Under the pieces are notes generated by a model, which saw nothing but the letters and a program-made list of their open reading frames with translations, did no database searches and was not told where the DNA came from. The position numbers and the translations under genes were made by a program. Of a stretch of DNA of 64,000 bases, positions 1 through 9,889 are shown piece by piece. Each line of letters opens with the position of its first letter. Within the stretch, counting starts at the first letter, position 1. The stretch is from Candidatus Zambryskiibacteriota bacterium (GTDB lineage: Bacteria; Patescibacteriota; Minisyncoccia; Phycocordibacterales; WO2-35-19), in contig CAWJAC010000006.1 in assembly GCA_963840745.1 (NCBI GenBank), forward strand, positions 97,947 to 161,946. Direction: 5' to 3'.

Positions 1-22
1 TCTTAAAACAGATTAAAATAAA

Positions 23-1744
23 ATGACCGGAAGGATTCGATTTATATCCATCGTCATAATCATATTGGCGCTCTTCATGTCCATTCGTTTGTATTTTGTA
101 CAAATAGTTTATGGCGGATCATTCGTTTCTGATGCCGAGAGGCAAAATATAAACGAAAATACTATTTCCTACGACCGGGGAGATATTTATTTTGAAAGCA
201 AAACGGGAGAGACCATACCGGCGGCAATTTCTCGGTCCGGCTTTACCGTTGCCATAAATCCCCAAATTATAAAGGATCCGGAAGAAATTTATAAAAGTTT
301 AAGTCAAGTCTTGGCTATAAATAAAGAAGAATTTTTGGCCAAAGCAGGAAACAAGGACCTTGTCTATTATGAAGTGGCTCAAAATTTGAACGCTGAAACC
401 ACTGATAAAATAAAAGCCTTAAATATTTATGGCGTTACTATCTCTACCGACAAATGGCGTTTTTATCCCGGCGGCAAATTAGCTTCCAATGTTATCGGTT
501 TCGTCGGTTACAGTGGAAATGAACTGGCCGGCCGCTATGGCTTGGAGAGATATTATGAAGATACTCTGAAAAGAGATCCTTCAGAAGCTTATAATAATTT
601 TTTTGCTCAATTCTTTTCAAATGTTAAAGGATCCCTGAGTAATTCTCCACAGCAAGAAGGCAATATCGTTACTTCAATTGAGCCGTCGGTGCAACTTTTT
701 CTTGAAGATGAATTAGAAAATACCAGAAAAAAGTGGGGAAGCGACCAGGCTGGGGGCATAATTATCGATCCGACAAACGGAGAAATAATAGCTATGGCGT
801 GGAATCCTACTTTTGATTTGAATAATTTTAAAGAAAGCGACGTTAATCTTTTTGGCAATCCTTTGGTGGAAGGCAGATACGAAATGGGTTCCATTATTAA
901 ATCACTGACTATGTCAATTGGTCTTGATACCGGTACTGTCACTGCCAGCTCCACTTACAATGATACGGGTTGCACGACATTAAACAGTAAAAAAATATGC
1001 AATTATGACGGCGTGGCTCGGGGCGTCATACCCATGCAGCAAATTCTTAATCAATCATTAAACTTGGGTGCGGCTCATGTGGCTCTGGCTGTCGGCAATC
1101 AAAAATTTGCGGAATATATGAAAAATTTTGGCGTTGGCACCGAGACTGGCATTGATTTACCAAATGAAGGAGTGGGTCTTATTAGTAATCTTGACAGTAG
1201 CAGGCAAATTGAAATTGCCACTGCTGCTTACGGCCAAGGTGTCGCTTTTACTCCTATAGAAACAGTGAGAGCTCTTTCTGCTTTGGCTAATGGTGGCAGC
1301 CTGATAACTCCCCATATAGTGAAAAGAATAGATTATGATAATGGTCTGTCAAAAAAAGTATCCTTCGCTCCCGACAAGCAGGTAATTAAAAAAGAAACTT
1401 CGGAAGAAATCACCAGAATGCTGGTTAACGTAGTTGATGTGGCTTTGCGAAACGGCACCGCCAAGATTCCTGGCTATTCTATTGCTGCCAAAACCGGTAC
1501 AGCTGAAATGACGGATGAAGGCAAGCCCGGATATGTGCCCGGCAAATACCTACATTCTTTCTTTGGATATTTTCCGGCTTACAACCCCAGATTTTTAGTT
1601 TTTCTTTTTCACACTTACCCTAAGAATGTTAAATATGCCTCCGAAACTCTAACCGATCCGTTCCTCGAAATCACTAAATTTCTTATAAACTATTACCAAA
1701 TTCCACCCGATCGTCCCGAGGATGTGACAACCAACATGCAATAA
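23..1744 (+). CDS. Class B penicillin-binding protein (PBP2/FtsI-type transpeptidase)
   Basis: 573-aa ORF with an N-terminal TM helix. Carries the SxxK (SIIK), SxN (SLN) and KTG (KTGTA) transpeptidase motifs. Confidence 0.85.
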   Translation: MTGRIRFISIVIIILALFMSIRLYFVQIVYGGSFVSDAERQNINENTISYDRGDIYFESKTGETIPAAISRSGFTVAINPQIIKDPEEIYKSLSQVLAINKEEFLAKAGNKDLVYYEVAQNLNAETTDKIKALNIYGVTISTDKWRFYPGGKLASNVIGFVGYSGNELAGRYGLERYYEDTLKRDPSEAYNNFFAQFFSNVKGSLSNSPQQEGNIVTSIEPSVQLFLEDELENTRKKWGSDQAGGIIIDPTNGEIIAMAWNPTFDLNNFKESDVNLFGNPLVEGRYEMGSIIKSLTMSIGLDTGTVTASSTYNDTGCTTLNSKKICNYDGVARGVIPMQQILNQSLNLGAAHVALAVGNQKFAEYMKNFGVGTETGIDLPNEGVGLISNLDSSRQIEIATAAYGQGVAFTPIETVRALSALANGGSLITPHIVKRIDYDNGLSKKVSFAPDKQVIKKETSEEITRMLVNVVDVALRNGTAKIPGYSIAAKTGTAEMTDEGKPGYVPGKYLHSFFGYFPAYNPRFLVFLFHTYPKNVKYASETLTDPFLEITKFLINYYQIPPDRPEDVTTNMQ

Positions 1745-1789
1745 AAAATGGCGCCGCGTAAATCTTGTCCCCGCGACGCCTTATGGTTT

Positions 1790-1933
1790 TCAAACCATTT
1801 TTTCATTTTTTCTTGTTTCCCACGTCTCCTCGGCTCTACTTCTCATGCCAGCGCCTTTACAGACGCAATAGCAAAGGCCTACAATGAGAAGAGCCAGAAA
1901 AACCGCAGATATGATCACTGCTTTGAGTATCAT
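1790..1933 (-). CDS. Possible small membrane protein (47 aa)
   Basis: Internal ATG of the 69-aa track ORF, with GGAG about 8 nt upstream and one hydrophobic helix. The longer ORF version would run into the tRNA. Weak call. Confidence 0.25.
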   Translation of the reverse strand: MILKAVIISAVFLALLIVGLCYCVCKGAGMRSRAEETWETRKNEKMV

Positions 1934-1990
1934 AGAGAAACTCCTTCCAAAAATAAAACTAACACAAGATGCTAAAAATGTAAATGCTTG

Positions 1991-2062
1991 TGACCTCACA
2001 GAGAATTGAACTCTGATTCTTGCCTTGAGAAGGCAATGTCCTAACCGTTAGACGATGAGGCC
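1991..2062 (-). tRNA. tRNA-Glu (anticodon CTC)
   Basis: Manual cloverleaf on the minus strand: acceptor GGCCTCA/TGAGGTC, anticodon stem TTGCC/GGCAA with loop TTCTCAA, T arm CAGAG-TTCAATT-CTCTG. No encoded CCA. Confidence 0.85.
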
Positions 2063-2174
2063 TTAAATTTCATTATACACAACTTGCTATTTTATTTCAA
2101 AAAATGGCGTTGTATAATTCAAGTAAGTTAATGGTCGTTTTATTTATAAGAAATTAAAAGTTAAAATAAATTTT

Positions 2175-2375
2175 ATGCAAAAAGTAGCATATTGGCTCTT
2201 GGTTGTCGGCGGTCTTAACTGGCTCTTGGTTGGTCTTTTGAGCTGGGATATAGGAGAATTGTTTGGCGGACAGGGAGCTATTATCTCAAGGATCATTTAC
2301 ATCCTTGTCGGTCTTTCCGCATTGGTCATGATCTTCAAGCCGAAGTCTTCTGCTCCAGGTGCTTCTCAGATGTAA
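2175..2375 (+). CDS. DUF378-family small membrane protein
   Basis: 66 aa with two TM helices. The WLLVVGGLNWLLVG motif is typical of DUF378. Confidence 0.7.
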   Translation: MQKVAYWLLVVGGLNWLLVGLLSWDIGELFGGQGAIISRIIYILVGLSALVMIFKPKSSAPGASQM

Positions 2376-2444
2376 AGACAATATAAATAGAGTAATAAAC
2401 AATGCGCCCTTTGAAGGTGCATTGTTTGTTGTATAATTAAACAT

Positions 2445-5195
2445 ATGGAATACAAATTTCCTTTGCCAAAAGCTCCTTTTGAAAATCCTGAGGAAGAGAT
2501 TTCTCACCTGCGTAAATTAATTGCTGAGAAAGAAAAGGATTTGGAGGATATTGGTTTAAAAAAAGAAACTCTGACGCCAGCCAGAGAAGTGCTGGCACAA
2601 TATAAGGTAACTTCGGTCACCGGGACGCTTCATCCCGAATACGAGATAAAAAAAGAAGAAGTTGAAAAAATAGCTTTAAAACTTTCTCCCGAGGAGCATG
2701 ACAAACAGATAAATGAACTTGTAAAATTAGCCAAAGAAAAAGGCATTAAAAATGCCCTTTCGGTGGTGGAAAAAATGGCAAATTTCCATATCACCGATGA
2801 TTTCCACAGGTTTATTTCCGAATATTTGAAAGAGGGTTTTACTATCTCCGGCATGGATGCCAAAGAAAAAATTTCCAAAGGTCTCAATATGTCCCTTTAT
2901 GAAATTTTAATACCAGAGGAATCTGACAAAGATAATATCAAATCCAGCCTGGAAGAAGTAATTTCCGGTATGGAGCAATTTTATTCTGGCATGCTGTCCA
3001 TTTCCGACTCCGATAAAAAGGCAGAGAGCTGGATGTCACTAGAGATTGCCAACGCCAACTTTTCACAAGAAATAGTTTTTTATGTAGCTGTGCCAACCTC
3101 GAGGAAAAATCTTTTTGAAAAACAAATTCTTTCGGTATTCCATAATGCCAAAATTACCGAGAAGCCAGATGATTACAATATTTTCAATGAGACGGGACAA
3201 ACCGCCGGTGTTTCTGCTGCATTTACCAAAAATCCTATTTATCCCATAAAAACTTATGAGAGTTTTATGCACGATCCGCTCAACGCCATCCTTTCGTCCT
3301 TTTCAAAAGTAAACAGGGATGGGGAGGGGGCGGCTATACAGCTTATTTGGTCTCCAGTTGGAGATAAATATGTTAAAAAATACAAGGATGCTTTAGATAA
3401 AATACAAAAAGGCACGCCACTCAAAGAAGCCATAGATATACCAGATAGCGTCCCAGGGGAAATTTTTCACACCTTTAAAGATGTTTTTGGATCTTCAAAA
3501 ACAAAAGATAAAGAAAAGGAAGGGGAAAAATCTGAACCTATTGATCAGGGCGCCATTGAAGAAATCAGGCGCAAGATAGCGGCGCCCATAGTTAGGTGTA
3601 ATTTGAGGCTTCTGGCTTCTTCCACTACCACAGAGGAAGCTGATGAGATTGTAAATAGCCTCAAATCAAGCTTCAACCAGTTTGACAATACATTGGGCAA
3701 TTCTCTTAAATGGAAAAAGGCCGAAAAGGGAGATTTGCGCAGCTTAGTAAAAAATTTCAGCTTCCGCATTTTTGACGACAATGCCGCTTTGCCTATGAAC
3801 TTGCGGGAAGTAACCAGCATTATACATTTCCAAACTAAAGCAGTCAGCGCCTCCGAAGGCTTACGGCAATCTCGATCGGCTACGGCTCCGGCGCCGCTCG
3901 ATATAGGCAAAGAAGGAATACTGCTTGGAATAAATAATCACCGCAATATCGGCACAGAAATAAGAATGACCGAAGACGACCGGCTGAGACATTTTTATTG
4001 TATAGGGCAAACTGGCACCGGCAAAACCACTCTTCTTAAAGAAATGATTATTCAGGATATGCAAGCGGGTCACGGCGTTTGTATGATTGATCCTCACGGT
4101 TCTGATCTTCAAGATGTCATAGCGAATGTGCCGCTCGATCGTTTCGACGATGTTATTTATTTTGATCCAGCTTACACACAGAGGCCGATGGCGCTCAATA
4201 TGCTTGAATTTGATGAAAATTTTCCCGAGCAAAAAACTTTCGTAGTCAACGAACTTTTCAGCATTTTCCAAAAGCTTTATGGCGCTATCCCAGAATCAAT
4301 GGGCCCGGCTTTTGAGCAATATTTCAGAAACTCGGCGCTTCTCGTTATGGAAGATCCGAGCTCGGGCAATACTTTGGTTGATATGTCGCGAGTGCTTTCA
4401 GACAAAACTTATAGGAATTTTAAAATAACTAAATGCAAAAATCCTTTGGTCAAACAATTTTGGATTAATGCCGAAAAAACAACCGGTGAGCAAGGTTTGG
4501 CCAACTATGTCCAGTATGTTACCAACAAATTTGATGTGTTTTTGGCAAACGAAATTATGCGGCCGGTTATCGCTCAAGAAAAATCATCATTCAATTTCCG
4601 CGACATAATGGATAATAAAAAAATTCTGCTGGTCAATCTTTCCAAAGGCCGTCTGGGAGACATTAATGCCAATTTAATCGGTCTTGTTTTGGTAGGCAAA
4701 ATTTTGATCGCGGCTCTTTCTCGGGTGGATATGTTTGGCGGAGATTTCCCACCTTTTTATCTTTACATAGACGAATTTCAAAATATAACCACTGATTCCA
4801 TTTCCACCATTCTTTCCGAGGCTAGAAAATACAAACTTTCCCTCAATATTGCTCACCAGTTTATCGCTCAGTTGGAAGAGGGGATTCGCGAGGCCGTTTT
4901 CGGCAATGTTGGCTCAATCTGCGCTTTTAGAGTTGGCGCCGAAGATTCGGAAACTCTGGAAAACCAATTTACTCCCACTTTTTCCAAAAGCGATTTGATG
5001 AACATAGACAATCGCAATGCCTACTTGCGTCTCTTGGTGAACGGCAAGCCGGCCAAGCCTTTTAATATTGAAGTGCCTCCGCCGCCGCAGGGCAACAGAG
5101 ATCAGATAGAAAAATTAAAAGAAATGTCATATCTCAAATATGGCAGACCTCGCGAAGAAGTAGAAAAATTGATTTTGGAGAAATATAAAATATAA
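2445..5195 (+). CDS. VirD4/TraD/TraG-like (type IV coupling protein-like) P-loop ATPase with a large soluble N-terminal domain
   Basis: 916 aa. Walker A GQTGTGKTTLL and Walker B-like FYLYIDEFQN. The C-terminal half resembles the TraD/TraG/AAA_10 NTPase core. No N-terminal TM helices, and no T4SS genes nearby. Confidence 0.7.
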   Translation: MEYKFPLPKAPFENPEEEISHLRKLIAEKEKDLEDIGLKKETLTPAREVLAQYKVTSVTGTLHPEYEIKKEEVEKIALKLSPEEHDKQINELVKLAKEKGIKNALSVVEKMANFHITDDFHRFISEYLKEGFTISGMDAKEKISKGLNMSLYEILIPEESDKDNIKSSLEEVISGMEQFYSGMLSISDSDKKAESWMSLEIANANFSQEIVFYVAVPTSRKNLFEKQILSVFHNAKITEKPDDYNIFNETGQTAGVSAAFTKNPIYPIKTYESFMHDPLNAILSSFSKVNRDGEGAAIQLIWSPVGDKYVKKYKDALDKIQKGTPLKEAIDIPDSVPGEIFHTFKDVFGSSKTKDKEKEGEKSEPIDQGAIEEIRRKIAAPIVRCNLRLLASSTTTEEADEIVNSLKSSFNQFDNTLGNSLKWKKAEKGDLRSLVKNFSFRIFDDNAALPMNLREVTSIIHFQTKAVSASEGLRQSRSATAPAPLDIGKEGILLGINNHRNIGTEIRMTEDDRLRHFYCIGQTGTGKTTLLKEMIIQDMQAGHGVCMIDPHGSDLQDVIANVPLDRFDDVIYFDPAYTQRPMALNMLEFDENFPEQKTFVVNELFSIFQKLYGAIPESMGPAFEQYFRNSALLVMEDPSSGNTLVDMSRVLSDKTYRNFKITKCKNPLVKQFWINAEKTTGEQGLANYVQYVTNKFDVFLANEIMRPVIAQEKSSFNFRDIMDNKKILLVNLSKGRLGDINANLIGLVLVGKILIAALSRVDMFGGDFPPFYLYIDEFQNITTDSISTILSEARKYKLSLNIAHQFIAQLEEGIREAVFGNVGSICAFRVGAEDSETLENQFTPTFSKSDLMNIDNRNAYLRLLVNGKPAKPFNIEVPPPPQGNRDQIEKLKEMSYLKYGRPREEVEKLILEKYKI

Positions 5196-5220
5196 TAACT
5201 CGCCCCAATTAAAAAAAGAA

Positions 5221-5252
5221 CCCGACTAGCAAAACGCACATTGCTAGTCGGG
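5221..5252. terminator. Hairpin between convergent genes (bidirectional terminator candidate)
   Basis: cccgactagcaa / ttgctagtcggg forms a 12-bp stem, preceded by an A-run on the + strand. Confidence 0.5.
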
Positions 5253-5567
5253 GTATTGAGGAAGAGGGGCGACGGGAAATAAATCCGTCTGCTGAGGTGG
5301 GAGCCCTTTTGTATACTTGGGCGGGTGTTTTTGTTGCCGCGCCCGTAGTAAGCTTCCTACTTGGATCCTGACCATGTTTAGGATTTCAGGATCGTAAATT
5401 TCTGAATTGCGGAACGCCTTGCCAAACGCGTCCCGGAAACTGACACCAGTCCTCACTTCGGAGGCAACGGTGTCAGCCAGAATATCCAGATGTTGTCTGT
5501 ATTCCTCAGAATCTATGCTTATCAACATTCTGATTTCTATTATACACCCAAGCACCTGTTTTGTCAA
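5244..5567 (-). CDS. Hypothetical protein (GC-richer orphan)
   Basis: 107-aa ORF with no recognisable motif. Visibly higher GC than its surroundings. Confidence 0.4.
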   Translation of the reverse strand: MTKQVLGCIIEIRMLISIDSEEYRQHLDILADTVASEVRTGVSFRDAFGKAFRNSEIYDPEILNMVRIQVGSLLRARQQKHPPKYTKGLPPQQTDLFPVAPLPQYPD

Positions 5568-5587
5568 CTAGCGTGTGGACAACTCTA

Positions 5588-5614
5588 CTATTAGACGCTG
5601 AGCGTTTAGTGTTG
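5588..5614 (-). repeat. 27-nt palindromic repeat element, copy 1
   Basis: The reverse complement, caacactaaacgctcagcgtctaatag, matches 60633-60659 at 25 of 27 positions. The core is an imperfect palindrome, aaacgct-c-agcgtct. Confidence 0.7.
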
Positions 5615-5696
5615 ATAACGTGGTTGTCTTAATTAGAACAGTGTTATAAAATAATTACAGGTCTTATTTTAGCAGTTAATAGTTAATTTTAATATT

Positions 5697-5948
5697 ATGA
5701 ATTGGCAAAGTTTTATTGGAGGACAGACTCCTCCGGGTTTTGCAGGGGCAGCGGGGCTTTTGTTGGTTGTTGTTCTGATATGGTCACTGGTTTGGAAAGG
5801 AATGGCGCTTTGGAAATCGGCGCGAGAAGGAAGCAAAGTTTGGTTCGTAGTGTTGCTTATAGTCAACACAGTCGGCATCTTGGACATTCTATATTTGTAC
5901 GTCTTCAGCAAGAAGTCTTCACAGTCAGTTGAGTCACCCAAAATATAA
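5697..5948 (+). CDS. Small membrane protein (DUF5652-like)
   Basis: 83 aa with two TM helices. The WKGMALWKSAREGSKVWF motif resembles the DUF5652 family common in CPR genomes. Confidence 0.6.
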   Translation: MNWQSFIGGQTPPGFAGAAGLLLVVVLIWSLVWKGMALWKSAREGSKVWFVVLLIVNTVGILDILYLYVFSKKSSQSVESPKI

Positions 5949-5954
5949 AAAAGG

Positions 5955-5994
5955 AAAATAAAAACTGCTGGCGAAAACCAGTGGTTTTTATTTT
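5955..5994 (+). terminator. Intrinsic terminator candidate
   Basis: aaaataaaaactgctgg / ccagtggtttttatttt hairpin with a T-run. Confidence 0.55.
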
Positions 5995-6024
5995 GTGCTT
6001 TTTTTGTTATATTAAAAATGTTTA

Positions 6025-6095
6025 GGGCTCATAGTATAGCGGTAATACGCGTCCATGGGATGGACGAATTCGGGGTCCGACTCCCCGTGAGTCCA
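6025..6095 (+). tRNA. tRNA-Pro (anticodon GGG)
   Basis: Acceptor GGGCTCA/TGAGTCC, anticodon stem CGTCC/GGACG with loop ATGGGAT, T stem CGGGG/CCCCG. The T-loop TCCGACT is slightly non-canonical. No CCA. Confidence 0.8.
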
Positions 6096-6104
6096 CAAAT
6101 TTTA

Positions 6105-6899
6105 TCAATTGAATTTTTTTAAAAGTCCGCTCAAAGGTTCATGGCCGTTCTGAGAAGAATCATTTTCGACGGCTTTTTCTGAGTTTTCGTCATATTTAAG
6201 GCCTATGCGTATCGGCGCTTTTTTTATGATTTCCAAAATCTCTTCTTCATTGTCGGTGATTTTATACAAATGCAGATCTTTTTCTTCTATCATATTGTTT
6301 TGGAGGAGCACTTCTTTGAAAAATTGCTCCAAATGAGTCCAAAAAGATTTCCCAATTAAAATTATCGGTGCTCTTGGAATTTTGTTTGTCTGAACCAAAG
6401 TTAATATTTCCAAAAATTCATCAAGAGTGCCATAGCCGCCCGGAAAAAAGACGTAAGCTTCGGCAGAAAAAGAGAGACAAACCTTGCGGCTGAAAAAATA
6501 ATGAAAATCTTCCTTGTCGGTTAAATATTTATTGGTTAATTGCTCGTGGGGCAATTCAATGGTTAATCCCAAAGAATTGCCGCCGGCTTCGAAAGCTCCT
6601 CGGTTGGCCGCTTCCATTATGCCAGGACCGCCGCCGGTTATTACCGAATAATGAAGTTCTTTCACAATTCGTTCAGCAAGCGCTTTGGCTTTTTCATAAT
6701 AATGTTCACTCGTTTTTGCTCTGGCAGAGCCAAAAAATGTAACAGAACGCGGATAGTTTTTTACAAATTCAAATCCGTTAGTAAATTCTTTAGAGATGAG
6801 AGCCACTTGCTTTTGAGCGGCCTCGCTTATCTCAAACAAAGTCAAAGGTTTAATGTTTGCCATATATACACATTCTAATAGTTTTAAATAATAAGGCAA
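6105..6899 (-). CDS. LOG-family (TIGR00730) nucleotide 5'-monophosphate nucleosidase / lysine-decarboxylase-like protein
   Basis: TGGGPGIMEAANRGA and PGGYGTLDE motifs. The likely true start is MANIK at 6863. Confidence 0.8.
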   Translation of the reverse strand: MPYYLKLLECVYMANIKPLTLFEISEAAQKQVALISKEFTNGFEFVKNYPRSVTFFGSARAKTSEHYYEKAKALAERIVKELHYSVITGGGPGIMEAANRGAFEAGGNSLGLTIELPHEQLTNKYLTDKEDFHYFFSRKVCLSFSAEAYVFFPGGYGTLDEFLEILTLVQTNKIPRAPIILIGKSFWTHLEQFFKEVLLQNNMIEEKDLHLYKITDNEEEILEIIKKAPIRIGLKYDENSEKAVENDSSQNGHEPLSGLLKKFN

Positions 6900-6956
6900 T
6901 ATGGTATATTTGCAAGAAGTAAAAAGTAGTGAAAATTATCATTAATGTATTAGGAT

Positions 6957-7490
6957 ATGAAAAAATTGTCTAAAAAAGAATGGGTTGCGGTAGGTGTGGC
7001 TGTTATTTTTGTCGGCTATACTTTGTTTGGCAGCAATATTATGAGTTTATTTCAAAAAAATATAATGAATAATAATTCTTTAGGTGCTGTTGCCAGCTCC
7101 GATGTTTCAAATAATAATTCAAATAATAATGGGGTTATTATAAATGATGTTGTTGTCGGTAAAGACGCCGAAGTCAAGCAGGGGCAACTCGTTACCGTTA
7201 ACTATATACTTTCTCTTTCCGATGGCACCGTTATTCAAAATTCAAAAGATTCGGGTGCTCCTTTTCAATTTACTTTGGGGGCAGGCGATGTGATACCGGG
7301 TTGGGAAATGGGCTTTGCCGGTATGAAAGTTGGCGGTGTTCGCACCATTACAATACCCCCAGAACTTGGTTATGGAGCTAATCAGGTTGGTCCTATACCA
7401 CCAAATTCTACTCTAGTGTTTACTGTTGAATTGCTTGATGCCACTGATTCGCCTGCGCAGTCAGGTACGCCTTCTCCGGCAGCACAATAA
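6957..7490 (+). CDS. FKBP-type peptidyl-prolyl cis-trans isomerase, membrane-anchored
   Basis: N-terminal TM helix. FKBP core motifs GDVIPGWEMGFAGMKVGGVRTITIPPELGYG. Confidence 0.85.
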   Translation: MKKLSKKEWVAVGVAVIFVGYTLFGSNIMSLFQKNIMNNNSLGAVASSDVSNNNSNNNGVIINDVVVGKDAEVKQGQLVTVNYILSLSDGTVIQNSKDSGAPFQFTLGAGDVIPGWEMGFAGMKVGGVRTITIPPELGYGANQVGPIPPNSTLVFTVELLDATDSPAQSGTPSPAAQ

Positions 7491-7492
7491 AA

Positions 7493-8665
7493 ATGGGTTT
7501 TAAAATTGAAAAGAAATTAAAAAACTCTCTTGGTAGAGCAGGCATACTTTCTACTGCTCATGGCGACATTTTGACACCTGCTTTTGTGGTGGTTGGCACT
7601 AAAGCTACGGTTAAATCGCTGTCTCCAGAACAAGTTGCCGAGATGGGCTCTCAAGTAGTTTTGGCTAATACTTATCACCTATACTTGGAGCCGGGAGAAA
7701 AAATAATAAAAAAGGCAGGAGGTCTGCATAAATTTATGAATTGGTCGGGACCTATTATGACAGACTCAGGCGGTTTTCAAGCTTTTTCACTCGGCGCCGC
7801 TTATGGAGAAAATTTGAGTAAATTTGTAGGTGTTGAAAGACCCGCCGTCGCTAAAGCTAAGGCGAGCGAAGAAAAAATGGCGAAGATTACCGAAGATGGA
7901 GTTGAATTTAGATCAATTATAGACGGCAGCAAACATTTTTTTACTCCCGAAAAATCAATGCAAATTCAAAACGATTTGGGTGCCGATATTATTTTTGCTT
8001 TTGATGAATGTACTTCGCCCCATGCTTCCAAAAAGTATTTGGAAGAGGCAATGAGGAGAACGCATCGGTGGGCCAATAGGTGTTTGGTTGAACATAAAAA
8101 CAAAAAGCAAGCTCTTTTTGGCATTGTTCAGGGTGGTCGTTATGAGGATTTGAGAAAGGAAAGTGCGAAAGTAATTGGTAGCATGGATTTTGAAGGATTT
8201 GGCATAGGCGGCTCATTCGTTAAAGAAGATATGGCTGCTGCCGTTAAATGGGTAAATAAAATTTTACCAGAAGATAAGCCGCGGCATCTTTTGGGGGTGG
8301 GGGAGCCGGTTGATTTGATTTTTGGAGTTCTAAATGGCTGCGATACTTTTGATTGCGTAGTGCCGACTCGAATAGCTCGCAACGGCTCTCTTTATACAAG
8401 CAGAGGTAAAATAAATATCATGAATGCTAAATATAAAAATATTTTAAAGCCTATTGAAAAAGATTGTCAGTGTTATACATGCCAAAATTATACTGCTGCT
8501 TACATCTCCCACCTTTTCCGTTCTAAAGAAATGTTTGCCGCCACTCTCGCCTCAATCCACAATATTTATTTTCTCAACAACTTAATGTCCCAAATCCGCT
8601 CTTCAATTTTAGACGGCACATTTTTTAAGTTTAAAGAAAAGTTTTTGAGGGGTTATAAAATATGA
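7493..8665 (+). CDS. tgt: Queuine tRNA-ribosyltransferase (tRNA-guanine transglycosylase)
   Basis: TDSGGFQ motif and Zn site CxCxxC...H (CQCYTCQNYTAAYISHLF). Ends with a TGA stop that overlaps the truB ATG. Confidence 0.9.
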   Translation: MGFKIEKKLKNSLGRAGILSTAHGDILTPAFVVVGTKATVKSLSPEQVAEMGSQVVLANTYHLYLEPGEKIIKKAGGLHKFMNWSGPIMTDSGGFQAFSLGAAYGENLSKFVGVERPAVAKAKASEEKMAKITEDGVEFRSIIDGSKHFFTPEKSMQIQNDLGADIIFAFDECTSPHASKKYLEEAMRRTHRWANRCLVEHKNKKQALFGIVQGGRYEDLRKESAKVIGSMDFEGFGIGGSFVKEDMAAAVKWVNKILPEDKPRHLLGVGEPVDLIFGVLNGCDTFDCVVPTRIARNGSLYTSRGKINIMNAKYKNILKPIEKDCQCYTCQNYTAAYISHLFRSKEMFAATLASIHNIYFLNNLMSQIRSSILDGTFFKFKEKFLRGYKI

Positions 8666-9414
8666 TTTATAACCTTTATAAACAACGCGGAGAGACACCT
8701 CTAGAGTGCATTCAAAGATTTGCCAGGGCCAATTCTGAGTTAAGGGGACAAAAAATGACCTATATGGGGCGACTTGATCCATTGGCTGAAGGGGTTTTGC
8801 TTATGGCCAGCGGCGAAGATGTTAAAAGAAAAGAAGAATTTTTGGATTTGGATAAGGAATATGATTTCGTTTCTCTCTTTGGATTTGCCACTGACACTTA
8901 TGATATTTTGGGAAGAATCTTGAGAGTGGAAAAATTAAAAGAACTTTCGGAAAATGATGTGAGGAAAATGGCAATAATTTATGAAGGCGAAAGAGATCAG
9001 GAATATCCAAGATATTCTTCGAAGATGATTGCAAAAGGGAAATTTGAGGATGACCCTTTGGGGCAGGGGCAGTTCAAGGGTCATCCTCTGGAAAAAAAGA
9101 AAATCACCATTCATAAAATTCAATTTCATAAATTAGAAACCCTAAACAACAAAGAGCTTTTTGGTAGATTACTCATGGACATTTCAAAAGTAAAAGGTGA
9201 TTTTAGACAGCATGAAATTTTAACTTTGTGGAAAGAAATATTATTAGGTGGCAAAACCAGAAATCATTATTTGGGTAAATTTAGCACCCATGTTTCCAGC
9301 GGCACCTATATTCGAGGCATAGTAAACGATATGGGAAAAACTCTTGGCTTCGGTGCCACAACTCTTTCAATAAAGAGGACGAGAGTGGGAGATTTCAAAA
9401 TTGAAGATTCCTAA
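8662..9414 (+). CDS. truB: tRNA pseudouridine synthase TruB-like
   Basis: GRLDPLAEGVLL catalytic-Asp motif, plus KEYDFVSLFGFATDTYD. Confidence 0.75.
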   Translation: MIYNLYKQRGETPLECIQRFARANSELRGQKMTYMGRLDPLAEGVLLMASGEDVKRKEEFLDLDKEYDFVSLFGFATDTYDILGRILRVEKLKELSENDVRKMAIIYEGERDQEYPRYSSKMIAKGKFEDDPLGQGQFKGHPLEKKKITIHKIQFHKLETLNNKELFGRLLMDISKVKGDFRQHEILTLWKEILLGGKTRNHYLGKFSTHVSSGTYIRGIVNDMGKTLGFGATTLSIKRTRVGDFKIEDS

Positions 9415-9860
9415 GATAAAATTTCCTCAACTATTTTTTTAACCAAAGCGCCGTCGGCTTCGCCTTTGCATTCTTTCATAACTGCTCCCATAAACTGGCC
9501 CATTTTGGTTTTATCTATTTCACCCATCTCTTCTTTCTTTTTCAAAACAATTTCTTTTATTTTCTCCTCCGACATCTGGGCGGGTAGGAATTCTTCCAAA
9601 ACTTTAAGTTCTGCTTTTTCATTGTCAGCGAGATCAGCTCGGCCACCCTTCTCAAATTGTTCTATCGAATCTTTTCTCTGCTTAACCAGCCTTCTTATTA
9701 CAGCAACAGCTTCCTGGTCTGATAATTTATCTTTAGGTGTTCTTTTGAGTGCCACTGACTCGTTTGTAAAAGCGGCCAAAATGCCGCGCAAGGTCGTTAA
9801 TCTCACCTGATCTTTGGCCCGCATGGCGATCGGTATTTGGTTTTGTATTTTATCGTGCAT
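9411..9860 (-). CDS. GatB/YqeY domain protein
   Basis: 149 aa with a typical YqeY-like sequence (LRGILAAFTNE, KQRKDSIEQFEKGGRADLA). Confidence 0.8.
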   Translation of the reverse strand: MHDKIQNQIPIAMRAKDQVRLTTLRGILAAFTNESVALKRTPKDKLSDQEAVAVIRRLVKQRKDSIEQFEKGGRADLADNEKAELKVLEEFLPAQMSEEKIKEIVLKKKEEMGEIDKTKMGQFMGAVMKECKGEADGALVKKIVEEILS

Positions 9861-9889
9861 AAAATCATTATATTGTATATAATAATTTT

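Noticed and set aside
1748-1975. 75-aa plus-strand ORF between the PBP gene and tRNA-Glu.
   Set aside because: It starts inside the terminator hairpin of the PBP gene, has no RBS, and overlaps a somewhat better minus-strand small membrane ORF. Neither is strongly supported.
8663-8665. Alternative genetic code (UGA recoding), as in some CPR lineages.
   Set aside because: TGA terminates tgt at its normal C-terminus, and several other ORFs also end at TGA. No conserved protein here needs read-through of an in-frame TGA.
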